Shown: positions 28,191 through 37,802 of the stretch, piece by piece
Layout: the number at the start of each line of letters is the position of its first letter
Numbering within the stretch: position 1 is the stretch's first letter
From: an uncultured Nitrososphaerota archaeon
Lineage (GTDB): Archaea; Thermoproteota; Nitrososphaeria; Nitrososphaerales; Gagatemarchaeaceae
DNA: 64,000 nt
Direction of reading: 5' to 3'
NCBI GenBank assembly: GCA_963703285.1
Contig: OY969807.1
Span: forward strand, 160,001 to 224,000
Notes under the pieces: model-generated
What the model was told of the DNA's origin: nothing
Seen by the model: the letters and a program-made list of their open reading frames with translations, nothing else
Databases searched by the model: none
Program-made: the position numbers and the translations under genes

Positions 28191-28862
28191 TCACAGGAGG
28201 GCGGCTGCGAGTTCGCTAATCTTCGACCGCCAGTCGTTCGACTTCACGACGCTGCTGGCCACGAGCACGCCGTCCATGCCCAGACCCATCGCGGCTCTAA
28301 CGTCGTTACCCGTCACTATTCCCGCCCCGCAGAGGAGTCTCCCTCGGAAGCCGGCGGCCCTCGCCGACCTCGCGGTCTCGAGCAGCAGCCCGGGTCTCGC
28401 CTGCGAGACGGCGACGCCGCCCCCTATCAGCTCCGGGGGCTCGACGGCGAGGAGGTCGGGGGCGAACCCAGCCATGACCACCACCTCTCTCGCGTCCTGG
28501 CCGCAGACGCACGAGGACAGGCCGAGCTTCCTCATTCTGGGGACCAGGTTCTGGACCATCTCAGCGGGTACCCTGGATTCGCTGTGGTTGATTATCGAGC
28601 CCGCGCAACCCGCGGCCTTGAGCGCCTCCGGTATTATGGCGCCCGTGCTCTTCCCCTCCTGCCGGTCTACAGCCGACTGGCTGTAGACTGGGACCTTGAC
28701 GCTGGCCGCGACGGCACTGAGCCTCGGGATGGGGGGTGCGACGATGAGGTCGAGGTCAAGTCCACGGCAGACGGCCTCTGCGGTCGCAGCCAGCACGAAG
28801 GCCCCATCGCCGAGAACCTCTTCGTAGTTTTTGAAATTGATAAGCAGCACGGGACGACTCAT
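28191..28862 (-). CDS. tpiA: Archaeal triosephosphate isomerase
   Basis: INFKNY, NHSE, AVEPPELIG and GVLVAS motifs. Confidence 0.96.
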   Translation of the reverse strand: MSRPVLLINFKNYEEVLGDGAFVLAATAEAVCRGLDLDLIVAPPIPRLSAVAASVKVPVYSQSAVDRQEGKSTGAIIPEALKAAGCAGSIINHSESRVPAEMVQNLVPRMRKLGLSSCVCGQDAREVVVMAGFAPDLLAVEPPELIGGGVAVSQARPGLLLETARSARAAGFRGRLLCGAGIVTGNDVRAAMGLGMDGVLVASSVVKSNDWRSKISELAAALL

Positions 28863-28935
28863 ATGGCTCGCTCCGGCCGGGTCATGGCTCTCTCGCCTCT
28901 AAAAGAGCGTGCTTCTGCGAAGGCCTTGCGGTTCC

Positions 28936-29028
28936 CTAGAACTCGTCCTCGTCCGAGTCCTCTTCCCATCCGTCTTCGTCGAGGTCTTCATCAAACTCTT
29001 CGTCGGATTCGTCGTCTTCGACTGACAT
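28936..29028 (-). CDS. 30-aa hyper-acidic microprotein (not in ORF track)
   Basis: MSVEDDESDEEFDEDLDEDGWEEDSDEDEF*; TTTAATAG box about 30 nt upstream of ATG. Confidence 0.6.
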   Translation of the reverse strand: MSVEDDESDEEFDEDLDEDGWEEDSDEDEF

Positions 29029-29090
29029 GCGAACCGGCCGAGCGGGTTTTGGTTAGGCTATTAAAGCATTGTCGGTTGTCCGATGCCGCC

Positions 29091-29711
29091 TTGAAGGCTC
29101 TGTTGTTGGGGTCCGACGGGCGTTCGATCTCCGAGGCCGCGAAGCTCGTCCGACGCGGAGGGGTTGTCGCCTTCCCGACCGACACCGTCTACGGCCTGGG
29201 CTGCGACCCGTTCAGCGAGGTGGCCGTCCGACGCCTCCTAGAGGTGAAGGAGAGGGACCAGAAACCCATCCCCGTCCTCTGCGCAAGCCACAAGGCTGCC
29301 GCAAGGCTGGTTCGCCTCAGCCCCAGGGCCCTCGAGCTCGCGCGGGCGCACTGGCCGGGCGCGCTCACCATCGTGGCCCCCCTCAAGGTCGACGTCCCCT
29401 CGCAGCTCGACCGGGGATCGGGGTGGCTGGGGGTCCGGGTCCCGGCCGACGAGACGGCGCTCGCCCTCGCTGCGAAGTGCGGTGGCGTGATTACGGGGAC
29501 AAGCGCCAACGTCTCGGGAAGCCCATCTTCCCGCTCCTCGGGCCAAGTCGCCGCCTCCCTGGGGGATCGGATAGACGCCATCCTGGACGGAGGGGTGCGG
29601 AGGGGAGCCGAGTCGACCGTGGTTAAGGTCGAAGGAGGGGCTGTCGAGGTTTTAAGGAGGGGCGCGGTCTCCTTGGTGTCGGCAAGCACCAGAGCGAGAA
29701 TTGACAGATGA
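29091..29711 (+). CDS. sua5: Threonylcarbamoyl-AMP synthase (Sua5/TsaC, YrdC domain only)
   Basis: VAFPTDTVYGLG, K.R...KP, WPGALT, TSANVSG and STVV motifs; TTG start about 30 nt after TATA. Confidence 0.93.
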   Translation: MKALLLGSDGRSISEAAKLVRRGGVVAFPTDTVYGLGCDPFSEVAVRRLLEVKERDQKPIPVLCASHKAAARLVRLSPRALELARAHWPGALTIVAPLKVDVPSQLDRGSGWLGVRVPADETALALAAKCGGVITGTSANVSGSPSSRSSGQVAASLGDRIDAILDGGVRRGAESTVVKVEGGAVEVLRRGAVSLVSASTRARIDR

Positions 29712-30220
29712 ACCTGATTCTAACTTCCCAGAAGGGCAACGAGGCTAAGGCATCGGCCGAGTTCAAGGAGATTGCCCTCCAGCACGGGCTGAGGAAACTT
29801 CACATTGAGAAGTCCGACTTCGACGGCGTCCTCGAGGTCGACGTCGAGGACCCAAGACCGTTCGTCGCCTTCCTCAGGGAGTACGTCCGCTCAGAGCCGT
29901 TCAGGATTCACTTCGTGCAGAGGGTCATCCCCGTGGACATGGTCGTGGACACCGATCTGGAGCAGATCAAGCAGGGAGCCGGCCAGCTGGGGTCTCAGAT
30001 AGCAAAGGACGAGTCGTTCAAGATCGACATCGACGAGCGCGACTCTCCCTATTCGAGGAGAGAGCTGATTGACGCAATAGCGGACGTCGTGGATAGGAAG
30101 GTCGACCTAGACTCTCCTGACATCGTTATTCAGGTCGAGGTGCTCGGGGAGTATACAGCCCTCTCGCTGGCGCGCCCGGACGAGATAATCAGCATAACGA
30201 AGCTCAAGCGCTCCGCCTAG
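29708..30220 (+). CDS. THUMP domain protein
   Basis: RVIPVD, SFKI....R and KVDLDSPD motifs. Confidence 0.88.
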   Translation: MNLILTSQKGNEAKASAEFKEIALQHGLRKLHIEKSDFDGVLEVDVEDPRPFVAFLREYVRSEPFRIHFVQRVIPVDMVVDTDLEQIKQGAGQLGSQIAKDESFKIDIDERDSPYSRRELIDAIADVVDRKVDLDSPDIVIQVEVLGEYTALSLARPDEIISITKLKRSA

Positions 30221-30673
30221 GTCCTGGTTCCGAGCAGGGCTGCCGCCTCGACCAATGCGAATCCGTCCTCGTCCATCTCCACTTCAGGGAGCATCGTGTA
30301 CCTGGGGTCGCTAGAGATCTCTTCCTCCAGCAGGTGCAGACTCCTAGACGACCCTGCGGCCACCAGGACCATCGTGCCCCCGGATCTGTATCCGGTCTTC
30401 TCGATGGCGACTGAGATTCTGGGTCGTCCCTGCGAGCCTGAGAAGGAGGTCGACTTCGGGCTTCTCGGCCAGGAGCGCGCCCGTCCTGGCCGCCCGCAGG
30501 GTCTGTTCGCCGATCATGGCGACCGCCTGCTCTGCCGGAAGGCGATTCATGGCCACCATCTGTATGATCAAGCGTGGATGTCGCTTCCTGAGGCCCAGGA
30601 GAACGTCGCCGGCGGTTCCCGCCGGGACAGACGCCCTCGCCGAGATGACCCTTCTCACTGGTCTAGCCACCAT
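30217..30673 (-). pseudogene. cgi121: KEOPS subunit Cgi121-like, frameshifted near 30418
   Basis: EVDLLLRLAGTTQ continues as ISVAIEKTG...VLVAAG after removing one A (CAGAATC to CAGATC). Confidence 0.7.
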
Positions 30674-30923
30674 GGGAGAATGGGAGGAGGACGACCTCGT
30701 CACCGTCGTGGAGGACCCTGTCCCGGGTGGCCCCCGTGAACGCGTCGCCGCTGTTCACGACCACCAACGTGTTGAACTTGGTGAATCCCGGGGTGGGATT
30801 GCTTCGGCTCAACTCCCTCACCATCTCTATCAGCTCACTGGTCTTTATTCCATCCCCGGGAATCTCAATGGTCTCCCTCCCGACGCTCGTCCTGATGTGA
30901 CCCATGCACGTGACCCTGATCAA
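30663..30923 (-). CDS. MoaD/ThiS/SAMP ubiquitin-like sulfur carrier
   Basis: L.DGDEVVLLPFSHGG C-terminal diglycine. Confidence 0.9.
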   Translation of the reverse strand: MIRVTCMGHIRTSVGRETIEIPGDGIKTSELIEMVRELSRSNPTPGFTKFNTLVVVNSGDAFTGATRDRVLHDGDEVVLLPFSHGG

Positions 30924-30924
30924 G

Positions 30925-31719
30925 CTACTCGAACACCACTATCGCTTCCCGATAACCTCTCCCTCCGAAGGTGGAGGGAGACTCGATGAACCTGGGTCTC
31001 TTGGAGCCCAGGAGGCTCTCGATTATGTCCTTCCCTGCGCGGAGTTCTTTCAGTGGATAGTTTACGCCGAGGGGACGGAACGGGAAGACGTGCAGGGTCG
31101 ACTTCGGGGGGAGCAGCCTCCCCACCGATCCCGCCCTCAGGACGTCAGCCTTCGAGATTCTCGGAGGGATCAGGAACAGGTCGTTCCTGTGGGGGGAGAC
31201 GCTGGTAGCGGCCTCCTCGTCCACGAATTCAAGAGGAAGCCTTCTCGCAGTGACCGCCCTGTCGAAATCCCTCATTGTCTGCAGCTCCTCCTCGAGGCCG
31301 GCGTGGCTCCGACCGAAGGCCTGACCCCGCCAGATGATGCGCAGCTCGCTCCCTCTCGCCTCCGAGTTGGCAGTTCCGACTCTGTCCAGTCGCAACTCCT
31401 TCACGATTCCTTCGGCCGACTCCTCGGATGGGCTCGTCACCAATCTGTGCCATCTGAAGAGCCGCACCTCGGGGTCCTCGTAGTCCAGGACCCACGCAAG
31501 CGCCGACTTCGCCGAAGCCCTGGTCAGAGCCTCGACCCTGTGAGAACCATCGAGGACGGTCCTGGTGCCGGCATCGACCGCGATAGGGTCCCTCTGAAAG
31601 CCATCCCTGAGCAGCGCCCTCAGGACGCCATCGGCCATGCTGGCCACAGTCTCTTCGTGGGGCCTGAGCGCTGAGATCTGAATTATCTCAAGCTTGATCT
31701 TGTGCGCGGGGATTGCCAC
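30925..31719 (-). CDS. ParB/Srx N-terminal domain protein (SerK-like)
   Basis: LRPHEE, PIAVD....VLDGSHR and LLPPKSTLH motifs. Confidence 0.75.
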   Translation of the reverse strand: MAIPAHKIKLEIIQISALRPHEETVASMADGVLRALLRDGFQRDPIAVDAGTRTVLDGSHRVEALTRASAKSALAWVLDYEDPEVRLFRWHRLVTSPSEESAEGIVKELRLDRVGTANSEARGSELRIIWRGQAFGRSHAGLEEELQTMRDFDRAVTARRLPLEFVDEEAATSVSPHRNDLFLIPPRISKADVLRAGSVGRLLPPKSTLHVFPFRPLGVNYPLKELRAGKDIIESLLGSKRPRFIESPSTFGGRGYREAIVVFE

Positions 31720-31722
31720 GGC

Positions 31723-31944
31723 TCACTCAGCAGGCTGCTCGACCGCGCTTTCTTCCTCCTTTTGGGCGGCCTTGCCATTCATCTTGGTGATATAGCCCGC
31801 AATCTTGTTCCTCAGCATCTTCGAATGCACTACCGCGATCTTATCGAGTTCCACCTTGTTTGCGTCATAATCCACGCCAAAAACTCCAGGATACTTCTGG
31901 ACTATCTCTTCGGAAATCCTCCGAACTCTATCCAATATTGGCAA
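31723..31944 (-). CDS. rps17e: 30S ribosomal protein S17e
   Basis: DYDANK...SKMLRNKIAGYIT. Confidence 0.95.
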   Translation of the reverse strand: MPILDRVRRISEEIVQKYPGVFGVDYDANKVELDKIAVVHSKMLRNKIAGYITKMNGKAAQKEEESAVEQPAE

Positions 31945-31959
31945 GCGCCTCTGGAGAGG

Positions 31960-32700
31960 TTAGATTAACCTTTCCACGCCCAGAAAACGCCTGGAATTCG
32001 CTTCGACCTGCTCCTCCATGGTCTCGTAGCTCGCCCCCTTGATCTCGGCGAGCCCAAGAAGGACGCTCGGGACGAGGCTCGGGCCGCTCGCACCCCCGAG
32101 GGGGCCGTAGGGGACGGGTCCGTCGCTCTCCGTGAGCAGGCTCTCGCGGGGAACGCTTGCCGCTATCCTGCGGATCTTCTTCGAGTAGATCAGTGCGGGC
32201 CCAACCGAGACCAAGTAGCCCCGCGACACGACCTCGGGGACGAGCACCTCCCCCTCGAACCAGTGCATGAGGACCGACCGGAGTTTGAACGTTCCCAGCA
32301 GCTCCAGGCACTTCTTCTCCGACCCCCTGCTGTGCACCTGAACCGGCTTCCCCAGTCTCTCGGCGACCCGGAGCTGGTCGATGAAGGCCTCCAGCTGAGG
32401 GCTTCCCTCGGAGACGGGGGAGTACTTCTCGTCAAGGCCAATCTCTCCGATCCCGTCGCAGGCGTCGAAGAACGGGCCAAGGGTGCGCGAAGGCGCTTCG
32501 GCGGTGACCTCCGAGGGGTGCACGCCGACGAATGACCGGACGGTGCCCTTGTTCTCCCTGGCGGCCTCCAGGTTCCTCGCCACCTCGCTCGGGCCTACGG
32601 TGCAGGAGAAGAGGCACATCGGGGCGGCCCTGGCGACCCGGATTGGTGTGCGAACTTCGGGGTATGACATCAGGTGAACGTGCGCATCTACCAACGTCAT
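31960..32700 (-). CDS. tatD: TatD family DNase
   Basis: DAHVH, GVHP, IGEIGLD, VHSR and LLTESDGP motifs. Confidence 0.93.
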   Translation of the reverse strand: MTLVDAHVHLMSYPEVRTPIRVARAAPMCLFSCTVGPSEVARNLEAARENKGTVRSFVGVHPSEVTAEAPSRTLGPFFDACDGIGEIGLDEKYSPVSEGSPQLEAFIDQLRVAERLGKPVQVHSRGSEKKCLELLGTFKLRSVLMHWFEGEVLVPEVVSRGYLVSVGPALIYSKKIRRIAASVPRESLLTESDGPVPYGPLGGASGPSLVPSVLLGLAEIKGASYETMEEQVEANSRRFLGVERLI

Positions 32701-32892
32701 TGGTCTGGAGGCGGCGCTGAAGGATTATTATCTCCTAGGGGTGAGATTCCACGCTCCCGAAGTGCGATTCCTCGTTATTCTGCCCCTATGGTGATAAGCG
32801 GTGAAAATCACGTGGACGCAAGGTAATGGAGCCGAGATGTAAACGTTTTAGACCAAACATTTAATAATTAACCTCATAGGTCGGCTTATGGT

Positions 32893-33114
32893 ATGTCTGA
32901 GTCTGAGTTTGGTCTAGCGGCCGTATATCGCCTGATAAAGAAGGCGGGGGCCGACAGGGTTGGAGATGACGCTGCCGTAGAGCTCCGGATGGTCCTGGAG
33001 GACGTGGGGACCCAGATAGCCAAGCAGGCGATTGAGCTGGCAAAGCACGCTGGAAGGAAGACCGTGAAGCCCTCGGACGTCAAGCTTGCCGCAAAGGCGA
33101 TTCTGAAGCCTTAA
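32893..33114 (+). CDS. Archaeal histone (HMf-type)
   Basis: [11 protein letters not shown]...[11 protein letters not shown]; TTTAATAA box upstream. Confidence 0.96.
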   Translation: MSESEFGLAAVYRLIKKAGADRVGDDAAVELRMVLEDVGTQIAKQAIELAKHAGRKTVKPSDVKLAAKAILKP

Positions 33115-33300
33115 CCGCGACCCTGGACCCCGAGACGCCGACGCGTGACCGGTTTCCGCCGGTTCTGTCACCCCCCCTGAGCTCCTCTACGACCTTCGCG
33201 TCATTCGAAGTTCACCGTCTATTTAACCGCCAGTGCGCCATCCGACGAAGAGGTAACAGAATCGCTTTAATCCACATCAGTACCGGGGCATTCGCAAGCC

Positions 33301-33395
33301 GCCCCGGTAGTGTAGCCCGGTCAAGCATGTTACCCTCTCGTCGATTAGTTCTCGGGAGATAGGTAGCGACGTGGGTTCAAATCCCGCCCGGGGCA
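33301..33395 (+). tRNA. tRNA-Glu(CTC) with canonical 37/38 intron (33341-33360)
   Basis: Acceptor GCCCCGG/CCGGGGC; BHB CTCT-CG|T...GGAG-AT|A. Confidence 0.95.
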
Positions 33396-33482
33396 TCCCT
33401 ATTCAATTGAGCACGAAATCTTCCGCCTCGGGAGGGGATTTGAACCACAAAGTTGGAGATTTGAACCTAAAGTGACGTGCCC
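33382..33482 (+). repeat. ~101-bp cassette left end, repeated at 37187-37287
   Basis: Manual alignment gives about 6 mismatches. Confidence 0.92.
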
Positions 33483-33882
33483 CCCTCAGGAAATTGTGAG
33501 CGGGCCAGAGGGATGCGCCTAATGTCCTGAGCGAATACATGGAAACCCCATGTTGTCTCGGGCCTGGGTTCGTATCGGAAAATTCGTCCGTTTCCGCTTG
33601 TGACTTCTCTAATGATACTGGGACAACACTGGCGCATGACCCTGTTCGCGTAAGATTAATCGAAGGCGGCTCGTTCCAAGGCCATGTTGCGCCCTCTGGT
33701 TCAGATGTCCGTTTTGCGATTTTCTCGGGCGCGCACTATCCGGCGATTACTTGCGGCTCATCTAGGAACCCTCGTTTTGATTCGCGTTCCAAACGTCATC
33801 ACCATCAACCAGAAACCGCTAAGCAGTCGCCAGCACGAACCGGACAGGGGGAAGCGGAGACTCTTGAGTGCCTGCAGTGCCT

Positions 33883-36813
33883 TCACGCAAGTGTGAGATT
33901 TGAATCACTCAATCCCTTGGCTCCGCCTACCCGTCTCAGGATGCGATCCCTTACATCGATTATGCCGACGTTTCCGTGCGGGCAAGCCTCGACGCAATCA
34001 CCGCAACCGACACATGAGATTCTGTTGGAGTACCCCTTCCTGAGAAGGTCGGCGACAAGCGGGACGGCGATAGGACATGAGGTCTCACACTCTCTTGTTT
34101 CACATCCTGCACAGATCGATGTGTCATTTGCCCGGATTCTGAAGAACGCCTTGTTGAAGATACCCGATAGAGTTCCGAAGCCGCACCAGCCCTGCCTGGC
34201 GCAGCTGTATGCGCCGAAAGCGGGGGTTAGGAAATAGAAGACCCACCAAACGTAGTTCAGAACGAACATCCCGTAGAAGTCGAGCGGGTTGATTGTTATC
34301 ATGCCAATCACTATCGGCGAGAGGAACCCAGTCTCCTGCAGAGCGAACGCCCCAAACGAGAGGACCATCAAAGAGAAGGAGAGCCACCTTAGGAAGCCCC
34401 AGACGCGAGGGTGGTCTCCCGAGGGTTTGAACTGGTCGTAGTATTCATTCGTCCACATGTGCGCCGCCATGCACACGAGGTTGCACTGCGCCCGCCTTCC
34501 GAAAAGTACGGATGCGGCGATGATGGCGCCGATTGATACGATGAATAACAGAAGCGGAACTGAAAAGATCATGTCGCTCATGCCGAATACGTAGAATGGA
34601 GTGTAGAATGGTATCAGGACAACGAAGAGGGGGATTCCAACGATGATAGCCAAGGCCCAGTTTCTAACCCTCCTGTCTCCTGCGAATCTGTATCTCTGAA
34701 GAACCAGATAGCTCATCTCGGACCCCATCATAATGACGTAGAAGGGTGACATCGTGGTCATCATTGTGAGCGCGAATGAGGACCAAAAGTACGCGAAGGG
34801 TGTGCTCACGCTCAACCCCATCTGGAAAGCCATCACGCTCATCTTTGCGGGATTCCAGGGGAAGAGCCACCACAGGGGGTTGCTGAGATTCATGGGCCCG
34901 GACAAGTTAAGTCCTAACAGGGAAGTCGTGGCGGTTCCCGGGAAGATGGAAGTGGTGATCGACAGGCCGATGGAGGTCGCGGCGAAGCTCATGGCGAGTT
35001 CGGCTCCGTTGATCAGCACCAGAAGCAGGAAGCTGCTCGAACGGTACCACGAAACCGATCTGGAGTCCAATCTCTGGGTCACGAGAAAGAAATAGGCTAC
35101 CATTGAGACAACCATGGCGGCTGAAAGCAAGGCGAAGCTGTTGTAGATCGCATAGAACGAAAGGCCCAGCATCATCAGAAGGTCCGAGGCGGCGAGGCCC
35201 ATCGCGAGTGCCTGGGCGTCGAACGTTCTTCTTCTCATCTGAAGCAGATAGAGGAGCACGATGTTTGCCATCATGACGCCTGCAGAGACGATTATGCTGA
35301 TCAGAACGTACTCATCACCAAAACTGGCGAAGAAGTTCGGCATCAGGACCATGGACAGAGCGAATGTGAAGAGGCTCGCTTGAGGAAGGTCTCTCTTCCT
35401 GTCCGAGATTAGCAGAAAGAAGAGCGCGTCGCCTGCCATCATCACAGCGAAGTCAAGATTGTTGACCGAGATCAGGAGTGGTGAGGAGTTGTGAGGAAGG
35501 AACGCCGACCCGTAGAGGAATCCCATGGAGAGCTCGAAAAGAGCTAGAGCTATCACCAGAGGGATTGTGTACTTGAAATGCCTCCTCCACTCCTGGATTT
35601 CGCCGCGCGCTAATCGCGGAACGAGAAGGACCGCTCCAGAAGCGACGAGGACCGAAGCGCCGAGCAGGAGACTGCCGCCCCAGAAGAGGAGATAGGAGAT
35701 GATGACGGTGACGACGCCCAGGTAAAGAGTGACCGCGAGCGAGAGAAAGTAGAGCCTTGACTGTATCTGGTCTCTCCTGAACATCAGGTAGATAAAGAAG
35801 AACCCGACCATCATCATGTCCACTACGAAGAAATCCATCAGGACCTCCTCGAATGGTCCCGTGAAGAATTTCAGAACCCCGCCCATGAAGAACTCTGCGA
35901 CGAAGATTCCCCCCAACAGCGCGGGAGCCCAGAGCGGCTTGTTCTGCCACCCAATCAGCGGGGGATTGGTGAGCCGCTTCTCGTCGAGCACTATCGTGAA
36001 GTAGATTGACATCTCTGCGACTATCGACAGGACGAACAGGAGGACATCACCGTTCATGAGCCAAAGGAACAGCCCCGCCATCATGAGGCCGTACGTGCCC
36101 ATGAGGCTCACGATGTACTTCGAAGCGCCATCAGTCGTGGGGCGGTTCATGAAGACGTAGTATAGCGCGACGATCATTGCGATGGTCATCACCGTGCCGT
36201 TTCCGATCAAACTGCTCCAAGACCACGTCGTGCTCGCTATTGCGGTGGGAGATAGGACCATGACGACGGTCTGGATTGCGACGAGCCATCGGAAGATGCT
36301 CGGGAAGTTCCTCCCCACTAGGAAGAGCGTGACGGCCATCTCGGAGGCCATGGTGAAGATGAACCAATAGGTGCCCATCGAGTCAATGAGCGCCCAGAAG
36401 GCGCTCCCGGAGGTCGACGCGGCGCCGGAGAGGATCGCGAAGGTCCAGCCCATGAAGACCTCGGAGAGAATCGCGAGACAAATCACAGAGGAGATCGCTA
36501 TCGTCCTGCTGGAGATCGCGCGGCTTTCGCGCGTCTCGTCTATGGGCCGATCGCCTCTGATGAGAGCGCTGAGTATCGGGATTAGCCCGATGCTCATCGA
36601 TATCATGTTGAGCGCGACTAGCTCGAAGAGCATGACGATGCCTGGGAAGTAGAGGTAGACGACGGCGCTGGCGAACATCGACGCCATCATCACGAGGAGG
36701 AAGATGACGAGGCCTGCGTCCGACAGAGTCTTCATAGTAGACCCCTTCTTCAGCAGCCATGCTGTGAACACGGCCATCGAGCCGGCGATGAGCCATAGGA
36801 CTTCCGCACCCAT
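33883..36813 (-). CDS. 976-aa Met-rich polytopic membrane protein with C-terminal NapH/polyferredoxin-like 4Fe-4S domain
   Basis: More than 20 hydrophobic segments; CNLVC, C...WCGFG, CAGCETRECETSCP and CVGCGDCVEACP motifs. Confidence 0.85.
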   Translation of the reverse strand: MGAEVLWLIAGSMAVFTAWLLKKGSTMKTLSDAGLVIFLLVMMASMFASAVVYLYFPGIVMLFELVALNMISMSIGLIPILSALIRGDRPIDETRESRAISSRTIAISSVICLAILSEVFMGWTFAILSGAASTSGSAFWALIDSMGTYWFIFTMASEMAVTLFLVGRNFPSIFRWLVAIQTVVMVLSPTAIASTTWSWSSLIGNGTVMTIAMIVALYYVFMNRPTTDGASKYIVSLMGTYGLMMAGLFLWLMNGDVLLFVLSIVAEMSIYFTIVLDEKRLTNPPLIGWQNKPLWAPALLGGIFVAEFFMGGVLKFFTGPFEEVLMDFFVVDMMMVGFFFIYLMFRRDQIQSRLYFLSLAVTLYLGVVTVIISYLLFWGGSLLLGASVLVASGAVLLVPRLARGEIQEWRRHFKYTIPLVIALALFELSMGFLYGSAFLPHNSSPLLISVNNLDFAVMMAGDALFFLLISDRKRDLPQASLFTFALSMVLMPNFFASFGDEYVLISIIVSAGVMMANIVLLYLLQMRRRTFDAQALAMGLAASDLLMMLGLSFYAIYNSFALLSAAMVVSMVAYFFLVTQRLDSRSVSWYRSSSFLLLVLINGAELAMSFAATSIGLSITTSIFPGTATTSLLGLNLSGPMNLSNPLWWLFPWNPAKMSVMAFQMGLSVSTPFAYFWSSFALTMMTTMSPFYVIMMGSEMSYLVLQRYRFAGDRRVRNWALAIIVGIPLFVVLIPFYTPFYVFGMSDMIFSVPLLLFIVSIGAIIAASVLFGRRAQCNLVCMAAHMWTNEYYDQFKPSGDHPRVWGFLRWLSFSLMVLSFGAFALQETGFLSPIVIGMITINPLDFYGMFVLNYVWWVFYFLTPAFGAYSCARQGWCGFGTLSGIFNKAFFRIRANDTSICAGCETRECETSCPIAVPLVADLLRKGYSNRISCVGCGDCVEACPHGNVGIIDVRDRILRRVGGAKGLSDSNLTLA

Positions 36814-37420
36814 GCTCTCCTATCAGCACTCGGTCGAGGCTACTGGAAGCTGTTTTAATACATAATGTCCGATGTGGCGACGGGGTCTCTGTCTTCCCCA
36901 CGGGGGAAGGGCGGAGTCATCGGGGGCACAGCCCTGGCCTTCACGCTGCCCGTCTACATCTACACGCTGGCTCGATTCCGCACCTCGCAACCTCAATGAA
37001 GCTCAGGCTCTCGCTCAGAAGACGAGGGAACCGGCATCGCACCCAGGATAGAACGGAGCCTTTGCGGGGTTTTCTCTATCACGCTAGGGATGTCTTCTTC
37101 TTTGGGAGTTCAGAGTGATGTCTCGCGAATAGCGGCTGGGCGCAGGGTTCGTAGGGCCCGGAGGGGATTCGAACCTAAAGTCAGACTCCCGCCCGGGGCA
37201 TCCCTATTCGATTGAGCACGAAATCTTCCGCTTCGGGAGGGGATTTGAACCACAGAGTCGGAGATTTGAACATACAGTGACGTGCCCTAAGCTGACTGTG
37301 AGCGGGATCGACGGCAATCGTCAAGCATACTTCCATCAGATGGAATCGAATGAACAGGATGATGGGCCGGAAGGGATTCATCGGGATGTCCGTATTGAAC
37401 CCCTTTAGGTTCTGCGAAGT

Positions 37421-37711
37421 CTACACCAAGCTATTTCCTCCCTCAGCCGCTCCAACTCGCCGTGGTCTCCCCTCGCCCCCTTCCTGCGGCTCTGGGTTCT
37501 CATCCGCCACCAGCCAATCACTTTCGCCCCGCTCGACTGCTTCCTCACTCCCGAGGCGCTTGAGGATGCTCTCAGCCCTGCGCCTATGGTACTCGTCAGG
37601 GACGGAGTAGGTTATGCCCGCTATCGCCACCGCTTCTATCAGCGAGACGCACATTTCTTCGTCGACGAACCCTATCCCCTGAACGAGCTTCGCATGCGCG
37701 ACGGATATCAT
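37421..37711 (-). CDS. Small hypothetical protein
   Basis: ATG with GGAGGT Shine-Dalgarno-like site upstream; divergent from 37803. Confidence 0.55.
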   Translation of the reverse strand: MISVAHAKLVQGIGFVDEEMCVSLIEAVAIAGITYSVPDEYHRRRAESILKRLGSEEAVERGESDWLVADENPEPQEGGEGRPRRVGAAEGGNSLV

Positions 37712-37802
37712 GGCGTACCTCCTCTTTCCATCCCTCCCCTGAATAACATACCAAATAGGTTCAGTAATGATTTTATTTACGGGCGCAACCGCGGCTTATC
37801 AA

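Larger units (their letters stand above)
33382..37202. mobile_element. Cassette 1 at tRNA-Glu, no integrase gene (~3.8 kb)
   Basis: Bounded by the 16-bp tRNA-Glu 3' core TCCCGCCCGGGGCATC at 33382 and 37187. Confidence 0.8.

Noticed and set aside
27331-28686. Long antisense ORFs (also 24814-25854, 48976-50076, 17817-18596 and others)
   Set aside because: Shadows of real genes in high-GC DNA; no motifs.
28584-29090. N-terminal ORF extensions of sua5 (also coxB 61606-61800 and 8639-8773)
   Set aside because: They overlap other genes or tRNAs; TATA position or translational coupling supports downstream starts.
36900-37140. Hydrophobic reading-frame fragments near the cassette 1 right end
   Set aside because: Interrupted by a stop and no family recognisable; possible remnant only.
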